Shown one piece after another: positions 18,802-27,337 of a DNA stretch of 64,000 nt. Both the position numbers and the translations under genes were made by a program. This stretch comes from Chloroflexota bacterium. GTDB taxonomy: Bacteria > Chloroflexota > Dehalococcoidia > SZUA-161. The notes beneath the pieces were generated by a model. That model saw only the letters and a list, made by a program, of their open reading frames with translations. It made no database searches and had not been told where the DNA came from. Each line of letters starts with the position of its first letter. The first letter of the stretch is position 1. The stretch lies in contig JAJYLC010000001.1 in NCBI GenBank assembly GCA_021787935.1, forward strand, positions 4,598-68,597, given 5' to 3'.

Positions 18802-20073
18802 TTAGTTATTCCAGTTTCCGTCCCAAGTCGTATAAACATTGGTGACTGTTCCTAAGCTGTCCCATGTGCTGTCCCACCCCACTTCTGGGAATAAACTGTG
18901 GGGGATATACTGTTGCCCCACTTGGACATTGACTGTTTTTACACATCTTGTGGGGCCTGGTGAGTTAGTATCATCCACATAGACCAAACCCATATCGGTT
19001 GTTTGGAATGCGTCAAGGGCATGTCCACCAGTGTACCCAGACAAGTCGATTGAGACATAGGCACATCTGATTCCCGCCATCTCGGCGTCATTGTGAAGCC
19101 TTTCGGCAAAATCAGCACACACTTGAGGAGGGCTAGGCTGCTCTGTGCCATCAATAATACCTTGAATACGAGTCAGGTCAACATAGCTCTCAGCGGAACC
19201 GTAATATGACCCTGGTACCGACAGGCTGTAAGTGTATGGAAACTGGTCCGTTCTATCTTGTTGCAGGAAGCTCACCATCTGAGCATAGGTCGGATTGACA
19301 GCGTCCTTATTATTGATGAGCACGATGAAATGGCCGCTGTCATCGTAGCAACCATTACCAGAAAGCGTTCCTTCTGGTGTGTCTACCAGTCCTAGGTAGT
19401 AATTCTTGTATATGCCTGTTCGGCTGTTTATGCCTGCGCGTGTCTGACTTGGCGCTGGCGCAGTGGCTCTGGTTCCAGTCGAACTCGGGATGGGATTTGC
19501 CGACGACGATTGTTCTCCTTGGGAATTTCCGCCCTTATGGAACCATTCTACGACTGCATTCTTGGCTTCGTATAATGGACTCACCTTGGCGTAAGCTGCG
19601 ACTGAACATCCTATCAGGGCTACAAGGATCAGGGAGACGAATATGGTACCGTATCTTCTGACTTTATACTTTCGCACATCGCTAAACGTAATGATATCCC
19701 ATAGAGCAACAATCCCAGCTGCTGTCATAATTCCTATGACGACTGGTCGTGCAAGCTCAGGAATGTGATAGTACGTATATGCAATAATTCCTATAGCCGA
19801 AGCTGTTAGCAAGAGCAATATTAAAGATTGACTCCAACGGGACTGTCTCCGAGAGCGTAACTTACCCAGTGCAGAATTGATAGGCTTACTACGATGCTGA
19901 TGTACATGACCCGCTCCATAACTGGGTGTGGGAAAACTGTATTCACACCGGCCACACCGCCAAGAGCGATAGTGCCTATTATAGTAGACCTTAGTGCTTC
20001 CGCATCGTGGACATAATGGTGCGCCCCTTGATTCCTTCTGGGCTGCCCAATATTCGTCTTCTCTCTTAGGCAT
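18802..20073 (-). CDS. zinc-ribbon / 3-TM / transglutaminase-like cysteine-protease-domain membrane protein
   Basis: 423 aa. N-terminal CPRCG…CGRC ribbon and three hydrophobic helices. C-terminal VCADFA…AGIR…GHALDAF…VDDT matches the transglutaminase-like core (C…H…D with the GxCxxFA-like motif). Paralogous to CDS 20096-21643. Confidence 0.6.
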   Translation of the reverse strand: MPKREDEYWAAQKESRGAPLCPRCGSTKVYYNRHYRSWRCGRCEYSFPTPSYGAGHVHQHRSKPINSALGKLRSRRQSRWSQSLILLLLTASAIGIIAYTYYHIPELARPVVIGIMTAAGIVALWDIITFSDVRKYKVRRYGTIFVSLILVALIGCSVAAYAKVSPLYEAKNAVVEWFHKGGNSQGEQSSSANPIPSSTGTRATAPAPSQTRAGINSRTGIYKNYYLGLVDTPEGTLSGNGCYDDSGHFIVLINNKDAVNPTYAQMVSFLQQDRTDQFPYTYSLSVPGSYYGSAESYVDLTRIQGIIDGTEQPSPPQVCADFAERLHNDAEMAGIRCAYVSIDLSGYTGGHALDAFQTTDMGLVYVDDTNSPGPTRCVKTVNVQVGQQYIPHSLFPEVGWDSTWDSLGTVTNVYTTWDGNWNN

Positions 20074-20095
20074 AGGGTAACCACTTATTATTGTA

Positions 20096-21643
20096 TTACC
20101 AGTATATCTCCACAGTACTAACGATACCCAACGGCAAAACGGTCCAGTCTGTGGGCAAAATGAATTGAGGCGTATATTCTGTGCCTGGCTTCACTGACAC
20201 GGTTGTGTCGTTGTTTGAAGGTCCTGCCTGTCCTGGTGGTATTCCAGTGCAATCTATATATTTCAATCCTTCGTCTGTTGTAACGAAGGCATCCAGAGCA
20301 TGACCAATGGTCTGCCCTTGGAAAGTGACAAAGACGAATGCTGTCCTGATTCCCGCTGCCTCCGCATGGTCGTAGACATCCCTGGCGAAGTCAGCGCATG
20401 TGTACGTTGGCATGATGTATGGGTTGCTGTCTGTCTTATCCGCAAGTATGAAGCTTTCAAGTTGTGCCCAAGTTGGGTTCTGCGCCGCGGAATTCCTCGT
20501 CAGGGTTACAGATACGCCCGCCGCGTCAGTGACTGCGGGTTGTATCCCGGAGTATACCGTGATTCCCGTATCCTGATAGAGTTTGAGTTGTGTTTGAAGC
20601 TGATTGACTGTATTCTGCAAGGAAGTTATTTGGCTGTTTAGGCCGCTAATCTCTGATTTGGTGTTGTTCAAATCGGCTGTGGTTGTGCTCAGCTTGCCTT
20701 GTACTGTGACTAGCTCATTCTCCTTTGCCTGCACCTTGCTGTGGGAACTTTCAGAAACCCAAAACACGCTGACTAAGACCAGTAGAATTATAATGAAAGG
20801 GAATGCAATAGTTGCATAGCGAATTCTGAGATTACCGAATTTCAACAAGCCAATCATAGCAGCAGCGCTCCAGATTGCGGCGATTGAGGCGACTAAGATT
20901 AACCCAATAGCGGCATATCCAAGCCCGCTAAACTGAAAAGTTGCATAACCTATGAGTGCCAGGCACGCGAAGATTAGAATCAAGTAACGCGCATTTCTAC
21001 GAACAGCACTTACGTTCCTAAGTCTACCTGGGGCAACCATCATATTGCATAAAGAATTGAGGCATTCATAGCCAGATGTATTAGGGTTCCAATAGAGTGT
21101 ACCTTGCCCACAACCCGGACATATCTTCATTATTTGCCTTACAAAATGCCTCGGCTGTTCAAGTTGCACTTCAGGCGGCCGCTGTTGTTGTACTGCTATC
21201 TCACCCACTTCACTCTTTTGAAAATTACGTTTACACGCCGGATTGAAACACTCATGTAGTTTGACGAAGTGGTTCCAGTACAGCGACTTTTCACTGCAGG
21301 CAGGACACTGCCGCATCTCTGGCTCGTTGCGCTGGCTACCTAATTGCCTTTCGCGCAAAGCCATTTGTTCGCACCGGCAAGTGTCACACTCATATTTATA
21401 ATACTTGTGGTGCTTATAGCAGTATTTCACGCTATCACCAAAGGCACTGGCATATTCTTCTCGTGGTGCTCGCCCTTCCTCGGTTCTGTTCTCTTTCCAT
21501 ATGGGGCTCTGTTTGCACTTCGGATTTGTGCATTCTTTGGCCCTAGTGAATGGATTCCAGAAGAGGGACATTTCCCCACAGGCAGGGCACCGTTGAAACG
21601 CTGGGGTGTCCATCTGGCTATGCGAAGATTCGTCCTCTTTCAT
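20096..21643 (-). CDS. multi-zinc-ribbon / TM / coiled-coil / transglutaminase-like domain membrane protein
   Basis: 515 aa. Three CPxCG…C ribbons with the repeated module CPACSEKSLYWNHFVKLHECFNPACKRNF. Two hydrophobic stretches (~45 and ~21 aa) that could each hold one or two TM helices; the ~45-aa one is long enough for two. Q/N/L-rich coiled coil. C-terminal TCADFARD…AGIRTAFV…GHALDAFVTTDEGLKYIDCT (C-x31-H-x16-D). Confidence 0.6.
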   Translation of the reverse strand: MKEDESSHSQMDTPAFQRCPACGEMSLFWNPFTRAKECTNPKCKQSPIWKENRTEEGRAPREEYASAFGDSVKYCYKHHKYYKYECDTCRCEQMALRERQLGSQRNEPEMRQCPACSEKSLYWNHFVKLHECFNPACKRNFQKSEVGEIAVQQQRPPEVQLEQPRHFVRQIMKICPGCGQGTLYWNPNTSGYECLNSLCNMMVAPGRLRNVSAVRRNARYLILIFACLALIGYATFQFSGLGYAAIGLILVASIAAIWSAAAMIGLLKFGNLRIRYATIAFPFIIILLVLVSVFWVSESSHSKVQAKENELVTVQGKLSTTTADLNNTKSEISGLNSQITSLQNTVNQLQTQLKLYQDTGITVYSGIQPAVTDAAGVSVTLTRNSAAQNPTWAQLESFILADKTDSNPYIMPTYTCADFARDVYDHAEAAGIRTAFVFVTFQGQTIGHALDAFVTTDEGLKYIDCTGIPPGQAGPSNNDTTVSVKPGTEYTPQFILPTDWTVLPLGIVSTVEIYW

Positions 21644-21714
21644 CAGCGTTACCTCCTCTAGCGGCTGCTTTTCTAACGGAAATTACTCGGCTAGCCTGCT
21701 GATAATAAATTCAC

Positions 21715-22446
21715 CTACTTGGGTAAGTTGCCTACTTGCTTTGAGTCATTGTCAGGCGGAAGCTGTTGCCCTATTCTTGCAGCTAATTCGCTTCTCGTAA
21801 AATTGAGTCTGCACCTTGGGTTAAAGCATTCATATACTTTTGTAAAATGATTCCATTGTAGCGATGGTTTTTCACAAACGGGGCATTGTCGCAGATCCCT
21901 GGCTTTCTGCACCTTATCCGCAGACTCTTGACGCAGAGTCTGTTGTTCCAGGCGGCATTTATCACACTCAGTGTTGTAGTATGTCTTATGCTTGTAGCAG
22001 TACATGGGTGTCTCTACCTGGGCAGCCCTTGGTCGCTCCTCTGACCTTTGAGGTCGGCTAGTAGATAAGTTTGTGAAGTTGGTAGCTATGAAAGTTGGTG
22101 AAGTCGATTTCGCCATGAGCTTGCGGCTGAGGTATCGGTTGGGAGAAACATACCTTACACGGTACTTGCCAAGCGGAATAATGGGTATGAATATCAGGCA
22201 GAAGTACTTGGTCTGTACGATAGAGGAACATACGGGGCAGCGTAACCCTCCACCGTATAACCTTGTTCCGATTCCGTTGAGGGTTGTGGTTGAGCCTGCG
22301 CTCTCAGCAGTGGTAGCATCTGCACATTTTTGGCAGAATCCGGGAAAATGCCGGAAGTTTTGACATTCCTTGGAACAATAGACACCGAGTTCATCCCGGG
22401 GGCCCCAGACAACGCGAGATCCGCAATTGCTACATTTTTCAAACAT
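21715..22446 (-). CDS. multi-zinc-ribbon protein (paralog of the N-terminal regions of 20096-21643; no TM or TGase-like domain)
   Basis: 243 aa. Modules YCYKHKTYYNTECDKCRLEQQ and CPVCEKPSLQWNHFTKVYECFNPRCRLNF are near-identical in pattern to YCYKHHKYYKYECDTCRCEQ / CPACSEKSLYWNHFVKLHECFNPACKRNF in the neighbouring protein. Confidence 0.5.
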   Translation of the reverse strand: MFEKCSNCGSRVVWGPRDELGVYCSKECQNFRHFPGFCQKCADATTAESAGSTTTLNGIGTRLYGGGLRCPVCSSIVQTKYFCLIFIPIIPLGKYRVRYVSPNRYLSRKLMAKSTSPTFIATNFTNLSTSRPQRSEERPRAAQVETPMYCYKHKTYYNTECDKCRLEQQTLRQESADKVQKARDLRQCPVCEKPSLQWNHFTKVYECFNPRCRLNFTRSELAARIGQQLPPDNDSKQVGNLPK

Positions 22447-22749
22447 GCTCAGACCTCCCTCAAGGATGCATCACTTGAGACATTCTACAGCGACATGGCA
22501 TAGAGTGCAAGATGACTCGCTATGACTTACTGTATCTGCTTATCACCCATCTTCTTGCACCCTGACTTCGTCAAGCGCCTGGCTGCCCCATACAAGCTCA
22601 GGCCAACGGAGATGCTGGGTAGGAACCTCTGAGGCCTGGTTACAGCTAACGGACAGCTAACCGTTTCAGCGGTTGCAAGCGGTGTTTTGCGGTTGTCAGA
22701 GGTGTGTTTTAGCTTCGGGTATGCCTGCAGGCGAGTGTGAAACGCGTTA

Positions 22750-22793
22750 CTGCAAAACCCCTATTCAGCGGTTCGAATCCGCTCGTCGCCTCT
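22750..22793 (+). repeat. 44-bp direct repeat copy 2 (partial tRNA-Cys 3' half; putative attR)
   Basis: Identical to 18313-18356. Not preceded by the 5' half of a tRNA, so it is not a complete gene. Confidence 0.8.
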
Positions 22794-22830
22794 TCTTTTT
22801 ACAGCCAGATTAAAAGCCTTCGCAAGAACC

Positions 22831-24318
22831 TTATCTTGATATGCCCAGGTATCCGCTGTACCGGACTACGTGGGAGAGCGCCCTAGCCGCCCTCTCGGGA
22901 GTGGGGTACGGGATAAGATGGTTCTGTTCCATCAAGCTGTACACTTCTCCCTGCTTCACAATCCCGATGCCCATAGAACAGAAGATTACAGGCTTATCAT
23001 ACCTGCCCATCATTTCTTTCACTCTGTTCAATTCCACCAGGTCTTTACTCTCCATCAGCTTTCCCATTTCGTCCAGATTAGTGACCCAGGGAGCATGCAG
23101 TGAAAACCACCCGACGAAGCTGCGTGTTGCCGCAGGAGAACCTATTACCAGCACGACATCTACGTTCTCGTCCTCTATCAGCGGCCAGAGACAGTCATAG
23201 TTGAAACGGTCGCCGCCAATGTCGACAGGGTTCCCGTGTGACCAACGACGTGACAGGACTGAGTTCAGCTTATCAATTGTTGCAGGCGACAGCGGAGGCA
23301 GTTCCAGACCATGCCTTGCTACTGTATCCGCGGTCATAACAGCCATACCTCCACCTATCGAGAGCACCCCCACCCGCTTTCCTTTGGGCAGCGGCTGTCC
23401 CAATAGAAGCAGCGCAACGTCAATCAGCTCGCCAATTTCTTCCACCCTGATGACCCCGGCCTGCTTGAACGCCGCATCGCTGACTATGTCCGAACCTGCC
23501 AGAGCAGCAGTATGAGACCGCGCTGCTTTAGCGCCAGCCTGCGTTCCACCTGCCTTCACTACAACAATAGGTTTCTTTTTGGTAATCTCCCTTGCCAGCT
23601 CTAAAAAGCGGCGGCCTTCCCTGAGACCCTCGATGTAGCCGAGAATGACCTTGATTTCGTCATCCTGTGCCAGATACTCGAGGTAGTCCTCAAAATGCAG
23701 AGCAGCCTCGTTCCCGCTGCTGACGTATTTGCTGAATCCCAGGCCGCTTTCCAGGCCCGAGATAATAATCGATTGACCGGAGTTCCCGCTCTGAGATATG
23801 AGCCCCACCGGCCCTCTCCTCAACGGCGGCAGAAAAATGACGGTATTGAAGTTAGAGTAAGTATCGAAAAGCCCCATGCAGTTTGGCCCTACGAACGGTA
23901 TGCCCCCGCGCTTCGCGACCTCGACTATCTGCGCCTGGACCTTCGCACCTTCTTCGCCTGTCTCGGCAAGCCCTCCTGAGATAACCACCACCCCTTTTAC
24001 CTGCTTCCGGATGCAGTCCTCCATAGCTGACGGGACATCCTTAAATGGCACCGTAATGACCGCTAAATCTACAGGACCAGGCACGTCCAATATGCTCGGA
24101 TAAGCCTTCAACCCGAGCACTTCAGCCTCTCTATTATTCACAGCGTATATGTCTCTGCTTTTGTCGCCTAACAGCAGGGCAAGAATATTAAAGCCCCACT
24201 TGCCCAGCGTATTGGACGCACCGATCAAGGCTACTGAACGCGGATTGAACATGCTGTCCAACTGCTCTTTAAATGTCATTTCTCCGTATCCTGAATATAA
24301 TTTTTCCTGAACGTTCAT
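22831..24318 (-). CDS. NDP-forming acyl-CoA synthetase alpha subunit-like (CoA-binding + CoA-ligase domains)
   Basis: 495 aa; FNPRSVALIGAS…GPNCMGL…GPVGLISQSGN… succinyl-CoA-synthetase-alpha-like motifs. Confidence 0.75.
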   Translation of the reverse strand: MNVQEKLYSGYGEMTFKEQLDSMFNPRSVALIGASNTLGKWGFNILALLLGDKSRDIYAVNNREAEVLGLKAYPSILDVPGPVDLAVITVPFKDVPSAMEDCIRKQVKGVVVISGGLAETGEEGAKVQAQIVEVAKRGGIPFVGPNCMGLFDTYSNFNTVIFLPPLRRGPVGLISQSGNSGQSIIISGLESGLGFSKYVSSGNEAALHFEDYLEYLAQDDEIKVILGYIEGLREGRRFLELAREITKKKPIVVVKAGGTQAGAKAARSHTAALAGSDIVSDAAFKQAGVIRVEEIGELIDVALLLLGQPLPKGKRVGVLSIGGGMAVMTADTVARHGLELPPLSPATIDKLNSVLSRRWSHGNPVDIGGDRFNYDCLWPLIEDENVDVVLVIGSPAATRSFVGWFSLHAPWVTNLDEMGKLMESKDLVELNRVKEMMGRYDKPVIFCSMGIGIVKQGEVYSLMEQNHLIPYPTPERAARALSHVVRYSGYLGISR

Positions 24319-24366
24319 ACTTTTGCCCCTTCATCCGGGAGATTTCGTCTCTTAATACCTAATTAT

Positions 24367-25218
24367 CTACCTTGCAATGTTGGGATACAAGCGTGCTGAT
24401 ATTATAACCAAAATCACTGTCGCGAAAATCAAGACGCCGAAATCAAGTCCTAACCCGTACTCGCTCACCCCGTGAGACAACATCAACGTCCGTAGCGCAT
24501 CTACCTGATAGGTTAGCGGGTTTATATGTGCGATTACCTGCAGCCAGCGAGGCATCACAGAGATAGGATAGATTGCGCTGCTGGCGAAGAAGAGCGGCAT
24601 CGTCAGGACCTGGCCAATACCCATAAAACGTTCGCGCGTCTTAACCAGAAACGCTACAATCATGGAAAGCGAGGAGAAAGCAGTGGCTCCGATAAGAACG
24701 GCAGCCAGTACCCCTAATAGGGCCAGCGGGTTCCAGTTAATATCTACCCGGAGGATTACCGCCAGGATAAATATAAGTACAGCCTGAGGCAAGCCGCGCA
24801 CACCCCCTGAGAGCGCTTTGCCCAGTGCCAGTGCGCCGCGTGAGGTGGGGCTGACCAGAAACTTATGGACTATGCCTAAATCCCGCTCCCAGATAAGAGC
24901 TATGCCGCTGAAAATTGCGATGAACAGCGTGCTCTGGGCCAGAACGCCCGGGGTCAGAAAGTCTATATAGCGCAGGTTCCCCGTTGGTATGGCCCTGATG
25001 TGAGTAAAAACCTCGCCGAATACCAGAAGCCAGATAACCGGCTGCACGGCGCGCATGATAAGCTCGGTCGGGTCGTGGCGTATTTTGCGCACCTCAAATT
25101 CGGACATGGCCAAAGTCTTGTCAACGAACCCGCGAATAACTGATAAAGGATTCCTAGGCCTGGGCAGAGCGGCCTCAGCCGAGCCGCTTGGCCGTGCGCC
25201 TTGTCCTGGAGACGTCAC
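24367..25218 (-). CDS. ABC-2 family transporter permease
   Basis: 283 aa, six predicted TM segments. Overlaps the upstream ATPase gene. Confidence 0.7.
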   Translation of the reverse strand: MTSPGQGARPSGSAEAALPRPRNPLSVIRGFVDKTLAMSEFEVRKIRHDPTELIMRAVQPVIWLLVFGEVFTHIRAIPTGNLRYIDFLTPGVLAQSTLFIAIFSGIALIWERDLGIVHKFLVSPTSRGALALGKALSGGVRGLPQAVLIFILAVILRVDINWNPLALLGVLAAVLIGATAFSSLSMIVAFLVKTRERFMGIGQVLTMPLFFASSAIYPISVMPRWLQVIAHINPLTYQVDALRTLMLSHGVSEYGLGLDFGVLIFATVILVIISARLYPNIAR

Positions 25219-25978
25219 GATAGTTTCCTCCCGATTCTAGTTCGCTTCCTGTATAATGGATAAACACGTCCTCTAGGGTTGCACCATCTCGCCCTATAGA
25301 TGCCTTAAGATCATCCGGCTTACCTATTACAGCCACCTTGCCCCGGTGCATAATCGCCACCCGGCCGCACATGCTGTCGGCTTCCTCCATCAGGTGTGTA
25401 GTCATCAATATAGTTGTCCCGTACTCGTTACGTAATCGCTCGATATGTTCCCAGACTGCTTTCCGCGCCAATGGGTCAAGACCCACTGTTGGCTCATCCA
25501 GAAACAGCACCTGAGGGCGATGCAATATGGACTGAGCGATCTCTAGGCGCCGCACCATACCGCCGGAGTACGTGCGCACGAGTCTGTTTGCGTCTTCCTC
25601 CAAACCCATAAACTTAAGCGCATTGTGTATCCGCGTCTTCCTCTCGCTCCGCGGTATATCGTAGAGCCTGGCAAAGATAAGCAGATTTTCGTAGCCCGTA
25701 AGCGTGCCCTCAGTTGACAGCATCTGCGGTACGTAACCTATCAAACGACGAACATCTCCGGCACGACGGAGAATGCTGTATCCTGCCACGCTGGCATCTC
25801 CAGAAGTAGGCGGCAGCAGGGTGATTAGCATCTTAATTGCTGTGGTCTTGCCGGCGCCATTTGGGCCCAGCAACCCGAAAGTCTCTCCCGCCTCCACCGA
25901 AATGGTCATCGTGTTTACAGCGATGAGCTCTCCAAAAGAGCGAGTGAGCGCATTGGTTTCTATAATTGCAGCAGTCAT
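25175..25978 (-). CDS. ABC transporter ATP-binding protein
   Basis: Walker A GPNGAGKTT, signature LSGGMVRR, Walker B LFLDEPTVGLD. Confidence 0.85.
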   Translation of the reverse strand: MTAAIIETNALTRSFGELIAVNTMTISVEAGETFGLLGPNGAGKTTAIKMLITLLPPTSGDASVAGYSILRRAGDVRRLIGYVPQMLSTEGTLTGYENLLIFARLYDIPRSERKTRIHNALKFMGLEEDANRLVRTYSGGMVRRLEIAQSILHRPQVLFLDEPTVGLDPLARKAVWEHIERLRNEYGTTILMTTHLMEEADSMCGRVAIMHRGKVAVIGKPDDLKASIGRDGATLEDVFIHYTGSELESGGNYRDVSRTRRTAKRLG

Positions 25979-26475
25979 TGAACTGACATGCCTCCTTTGC
26001 TTGCAGGCAACCCCTCCGGCGCGAAGACCTGGCCTAACATTTTCAATGCTTCCGCAACTCTGCCTTGTTGCTCAGGCGGGAGCAGCCCCAATGACTCAGC
26101 CAGTCGTGTCTCGGTCATTTTGCGCGTTCGCTTGAGCTCGGCAAGACCATGCGCACTCAGCCTCAAGCTAACGTACCGTCGGTCATCGGCAACTGCCCTG
26201 CGTATGACCAGTTTCCTCGCAACCAAAGCATCAACAGTCTTGGACATAGACGGCAGCTTCAAGCCAATGTGTTCTGCCACCTCCGACAGCGAGGCCCCTT
26301 CATTTCGATAGATATACACTAGCGTTCGCAATTGTGGCACCGTAAGACCCGGTGCACGATGGCTCCGCATCTCCATGCGGATGCGGCGCATCACCCTGGG
26401 GACTACTTCCATCAAAAGGGAAGCGCCTTCGAGGTCAGGAGTTAAAGAAATAGTTTCCTCTTGCAACTGTTTCAT
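25975..26475 (-). CDS. MarR family transcriptional regulator
   Basis: 166 aa with a winged-helix MarR-like core (…LTVPQLRTLVYIYRNEGASLSEVAEHIGLKLPSMSKTVDALV…). First gene of the ABC operon; 4-bp overlap with the ATPase gene. Confidence 0.75.
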   Translation of the reverse strand: MKQLQEETISLTPDLEGASLLMEVVPRVMRRIRMEMRSHRAPGLTVPQLRTLVYIYRNEGASLSEVAEHIGLKLPSMSKTVDALVARKLVIRRAVADDRRYVSLRLSAHGLAELKRTRKMTETRLAESLGLLPPEQQGRVAEALKMLGQVFAPEGLPASKGGMSVQ

Positions 26476-26599
26476 AAATAAAGTATAGACCTCTCAGCAG
26501 GAAAAGTCAATAGATTTGAACAAAAAAGGCTTAAAAATTTGTAACATTCTAGAGGGTGACCAGCCTGTAGATAGTTCCTAAGGCAGTTCATTCAGACCG

Positions 26600-27139
26600 T
26601 CAGGTGCTGAGCCTGAAAGGTGGATAGCGGTCTGTAGCTAGCAGGAAAGCGTAAGCCATGACTCTCAAGTCCCATCTTAACACACCTTCCACGAAATTGA
26701 ACATACTTTTCGGATAGCGTCCTGTAAACAGGATAGAGAACCAGGCGATCACCACCATTGCCAGAGCAACGATGCCCAGGGAAAAGAGCGCAACATAATG
26801 TGGAATAGCCAGCAGCCATTTAATCAGAGGCAGCCAGCGATGCAGCTCCTCCTCAGCCTTTGGATAAGGGATTTCGATATGATACAACCGCTCGTCGTCT
26901 GTTGAGGGATATTCGTCCCTCAATAGCGCGAGGTAGGCCCAGACACGGGTACTGAACTTGGTTAGAGCCAGATACCAGTCGAACCACCACTTGGGGTACT
27001 TTTGCAGAAACAGCAACATCAACACCGTAGGGATGAAAACAAACCCGCCTGCGAGAACCATGCCGCCGCTTATAAAAATGAAGACTATGAAAATAGGAAT
27101 TGCTATTAGCAGCCTGAAAAAGGTAGTTATCCGGTTCAT
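26600..27139 (-). CDS. DUF4389-like integral membrane protein
   Basis: Track ORF extends to 27337, where it would abut the divergent gene. The internal Met (MNRITTFF…) at 27139 is preferred. Several TM helices and a C-terminal …GRYPKSMFNFV…DRYPPF motif. Confidence 0.45.
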   Translation of the reverse strand: MNRITTFFRLLIAIPIFIVFIFISGGMVLAGGFVFIPTVLMLLFLQKYPKWWFDWYLALTKFSTRVWAYLALLRDEYPSTDDERLYHIEIPYPKAEEELHRWLPLIKWLLAIPHYVALFSLGIVALAMVVIAWFSILFTGRYPKSMFNFVEGVLRWDLRVMAYAFLLATDRYPPFRLST

Positions 27140-27300
27140 GTTCTTATCAGGGTAATCAACAGACAAGTCAATCGGGTATGCCTTTACTGCCTCTGTCACA
27201 CTAAGACCTCCAGATAAGACTCTCGCTGTTCCTGCGCGGAGCGCAAATCTTCCGCAATTGTAACACAGAAAGCGCATTTCTAGTATGATCTGCCCCCCCA

Positions 27301-27329
27301 TTGACATCGGCTCTCTCTGATTGTATCTT
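27301..27329 (+). promoter_or_regulatory. sigma70-like promoter giving a near-leaderless transcript for CDS 27338-27718
   Basis: TTGACA (27301-27306), 17-bp spacer, TATCTT (27324-27329). The ATG at 27338 lies only ~8 nt downstream of the -10 element. Confidence 0.35.
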
Positions 27330-27337
27330 GATAGCAA

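Larger units (their letters stand above)
18357..22749. mobile_element. putative degenerate integrative islet inserted at tRNA-Cys (no integrase detected)
   Basis: Bounded by the exact 44-bp direct repeats of the tRNA-Cys 3' end. Cargo is a NUDIX hydrolase plus three paralogous zinc-ribbon proteins. No integrase, excisionase or transposase ORF was found inside. Confidence 0.4.

Noticed and set aside
18357-22749. Search for an integrase/recombinase inside the tRNA-Cys islet
   Set aside because: None of the four ORFs shows tyrosine or serine recombinase features, and no further ORF of sufficient size exists in either strand. The islet is therefore called degenerate or non-autonomous rather than an intact integrative element.
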